Source: a plasmid
Sequence record: NZ_CP090684.1
Direction: 5' to 3' (one strand)
Length of the DNA: 64,000 bases
Program-made: the position numbers and the translations under genes
The notes under the pieces: model-generated
What the model saw: the letters and a program-made list of their open reading frames with translations, nothing else
Told to the model about the DNA's origin: nothing
The model's database searches: none
Part shown: in pieces, positions 63,324-64,000 of the stretch
Position numbering within the stretch: position 1 is the stretch's first letter
Layout of the letters: every line of letters begins with the position of its first letter

Positions 63324-64000
63324 ATGCTATTCATTTTCGGCACGCCGCTGCGTCGGCGTGTTCCTTGGCGTGCGCACGCGCTTGTTTCTGCGCTATTCCT
63401 CGCGGGTGTCGTTCATGCCCAGCAGGCACCGATGACGCTTGATGCTGCGCTACAGTCGGCGACCGATCGCTCCGCATCGATGCAGGCTGCGCAGGCGTCC
63501 GTCCGCGCCAGTTCCGAGGCGGCAGTCAAAGCCGGCCAACTTCCGGACCCGATGCTCAAGGCGGGTATCGACAACCTGCCGATCAACGGTCCTCAGCGCT
63601 TCACCGTCGGCCAGGACTTCATGACGATGCGGCGCATCGGCATCGAGCAGGAATGGGTCTCCGGCGACAAGCGGCGGCTGCGCTCGGCGCTCGCCGACCG
63701 AATGGTCGGGCGCGAGCGCGCCGGCTACCTCGTGCAACTCGCGAACGTGCGGCAGCAAACCGCCACGGCCTGGCTGAACGCCGTGTACGCGAAACAGGCG
63801 CTCGCCCTGCAACAGGCGCTGCTCGACCACATGCATCACGAGCTGGCTGCGACGAAGGCGTCATATCGCGGCGCCAAGGCCGGCGCGTCTGATGTGGTGC
63901 AAGCGCAGGCGATGCTTGCGCAGACTCAGGATCAGGTGCTCAAGGCGCAACAGACTTATCAAACAGCGCTCATTGGGCTGTCGCGCTGGACGGCCGCTCC
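63324..64000 (+). CDS. Outer-membrane efflux factor (CzcC/CusC family), N-terminal part; continues past the window end
   Basis: Hand translation from the ATG at 63324 gives MLFIFGTPLRRRVPWRAHALVSALFLAGVVHAQQAPMTLDAALQSA...LKAGIDNLPINGPQRF. The frame is open to the window edge. Confidence 0.7.
   Translation, partial: MLFIFGTPLRRRVPWRAHALVSALFLAGVVHAQQAPMTLDAALQSATDRSASMQAAQASVRASSEAAVKAGQLPDPMLKAGIDNLPINGPQRFTVGQDFMTMRRIGIEQEWVSGDKRRLRSALADRMVGRERAGYLVQLANVRQQTATAWLNAVYAKQALALQQALLDHMHHELAATKASYRGAKAGASDVVQAQAMLAQTQDQVLKAQQTYQTALIGLSRWTAA

Overview
This is a high-GC window from a betaproteobacterium that looks Burkholderia-like, judging by three DUF4148 proteins and an Omp38-type porin. It has two parts.

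Part 1, about 1-29 kb, is the DNA-transfer end of a conjugative element (plasmid or ICE); no integrase or tRNA is in the window. It encodes:
- a partial MOBF TrwC-like relaxase at the left edge;
- a TraD/TrwB-type coupling protein;
- a MobC-like accessory protein;
- a candidate oriT gap.

Next to that gap lies a roughly 18 kb block of minus-strand genes, all reading toward the oriT. The block includes an Nuc-like PLD nuclease, a Toprim primase, a large ParB-like nuclease-domain protein, a PAPS-reductase-like protein and many small hypothetical genes.

The main finding is that every transcription unit in this block is preceded by a 0.5-0.8 kb GC-rich repeat, seven copies in all (two form a near-identical duplication). 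Each copy carries, on the plus strand, a sigma70-like -35/16 nt/-10 motif pointing away from the downstream gene. The motif sits in a conserved long imperfect hairpin whose stems show compensatory changes between copies. This architecture matches single-stranded-DNA promoters of the Frpo/ssi type, in a conjugative leading region. An iteron array lies at 23.7-24.2 kb.

Part 2, about 30-64 kb, is a metal and metalloid resistance island:
- czcCBA-czcRS;
- a degenerate arsC/arsH remnant;
- a CzcP-like PIB-4 P-type ATPase;
- an arsenic operon arsR, arsI-like, two LMW-PTP arsC, acr3, MFS, Grx-type arsC, arsH, arsN;
- a DUF305 protein and copRS;
- a copper cluster of outer-membrane factor, multicopper oxidase, CusF, CopC, CopD, plus a DUF326 four-helix-bundle Cu protein;
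- the start of another outer-membrane factor at the right edge.

An 87-bp near-perfect direct repeat brackets the ars-cop segment. Long antisense ORFs inside the GC-rich genes were rejected.
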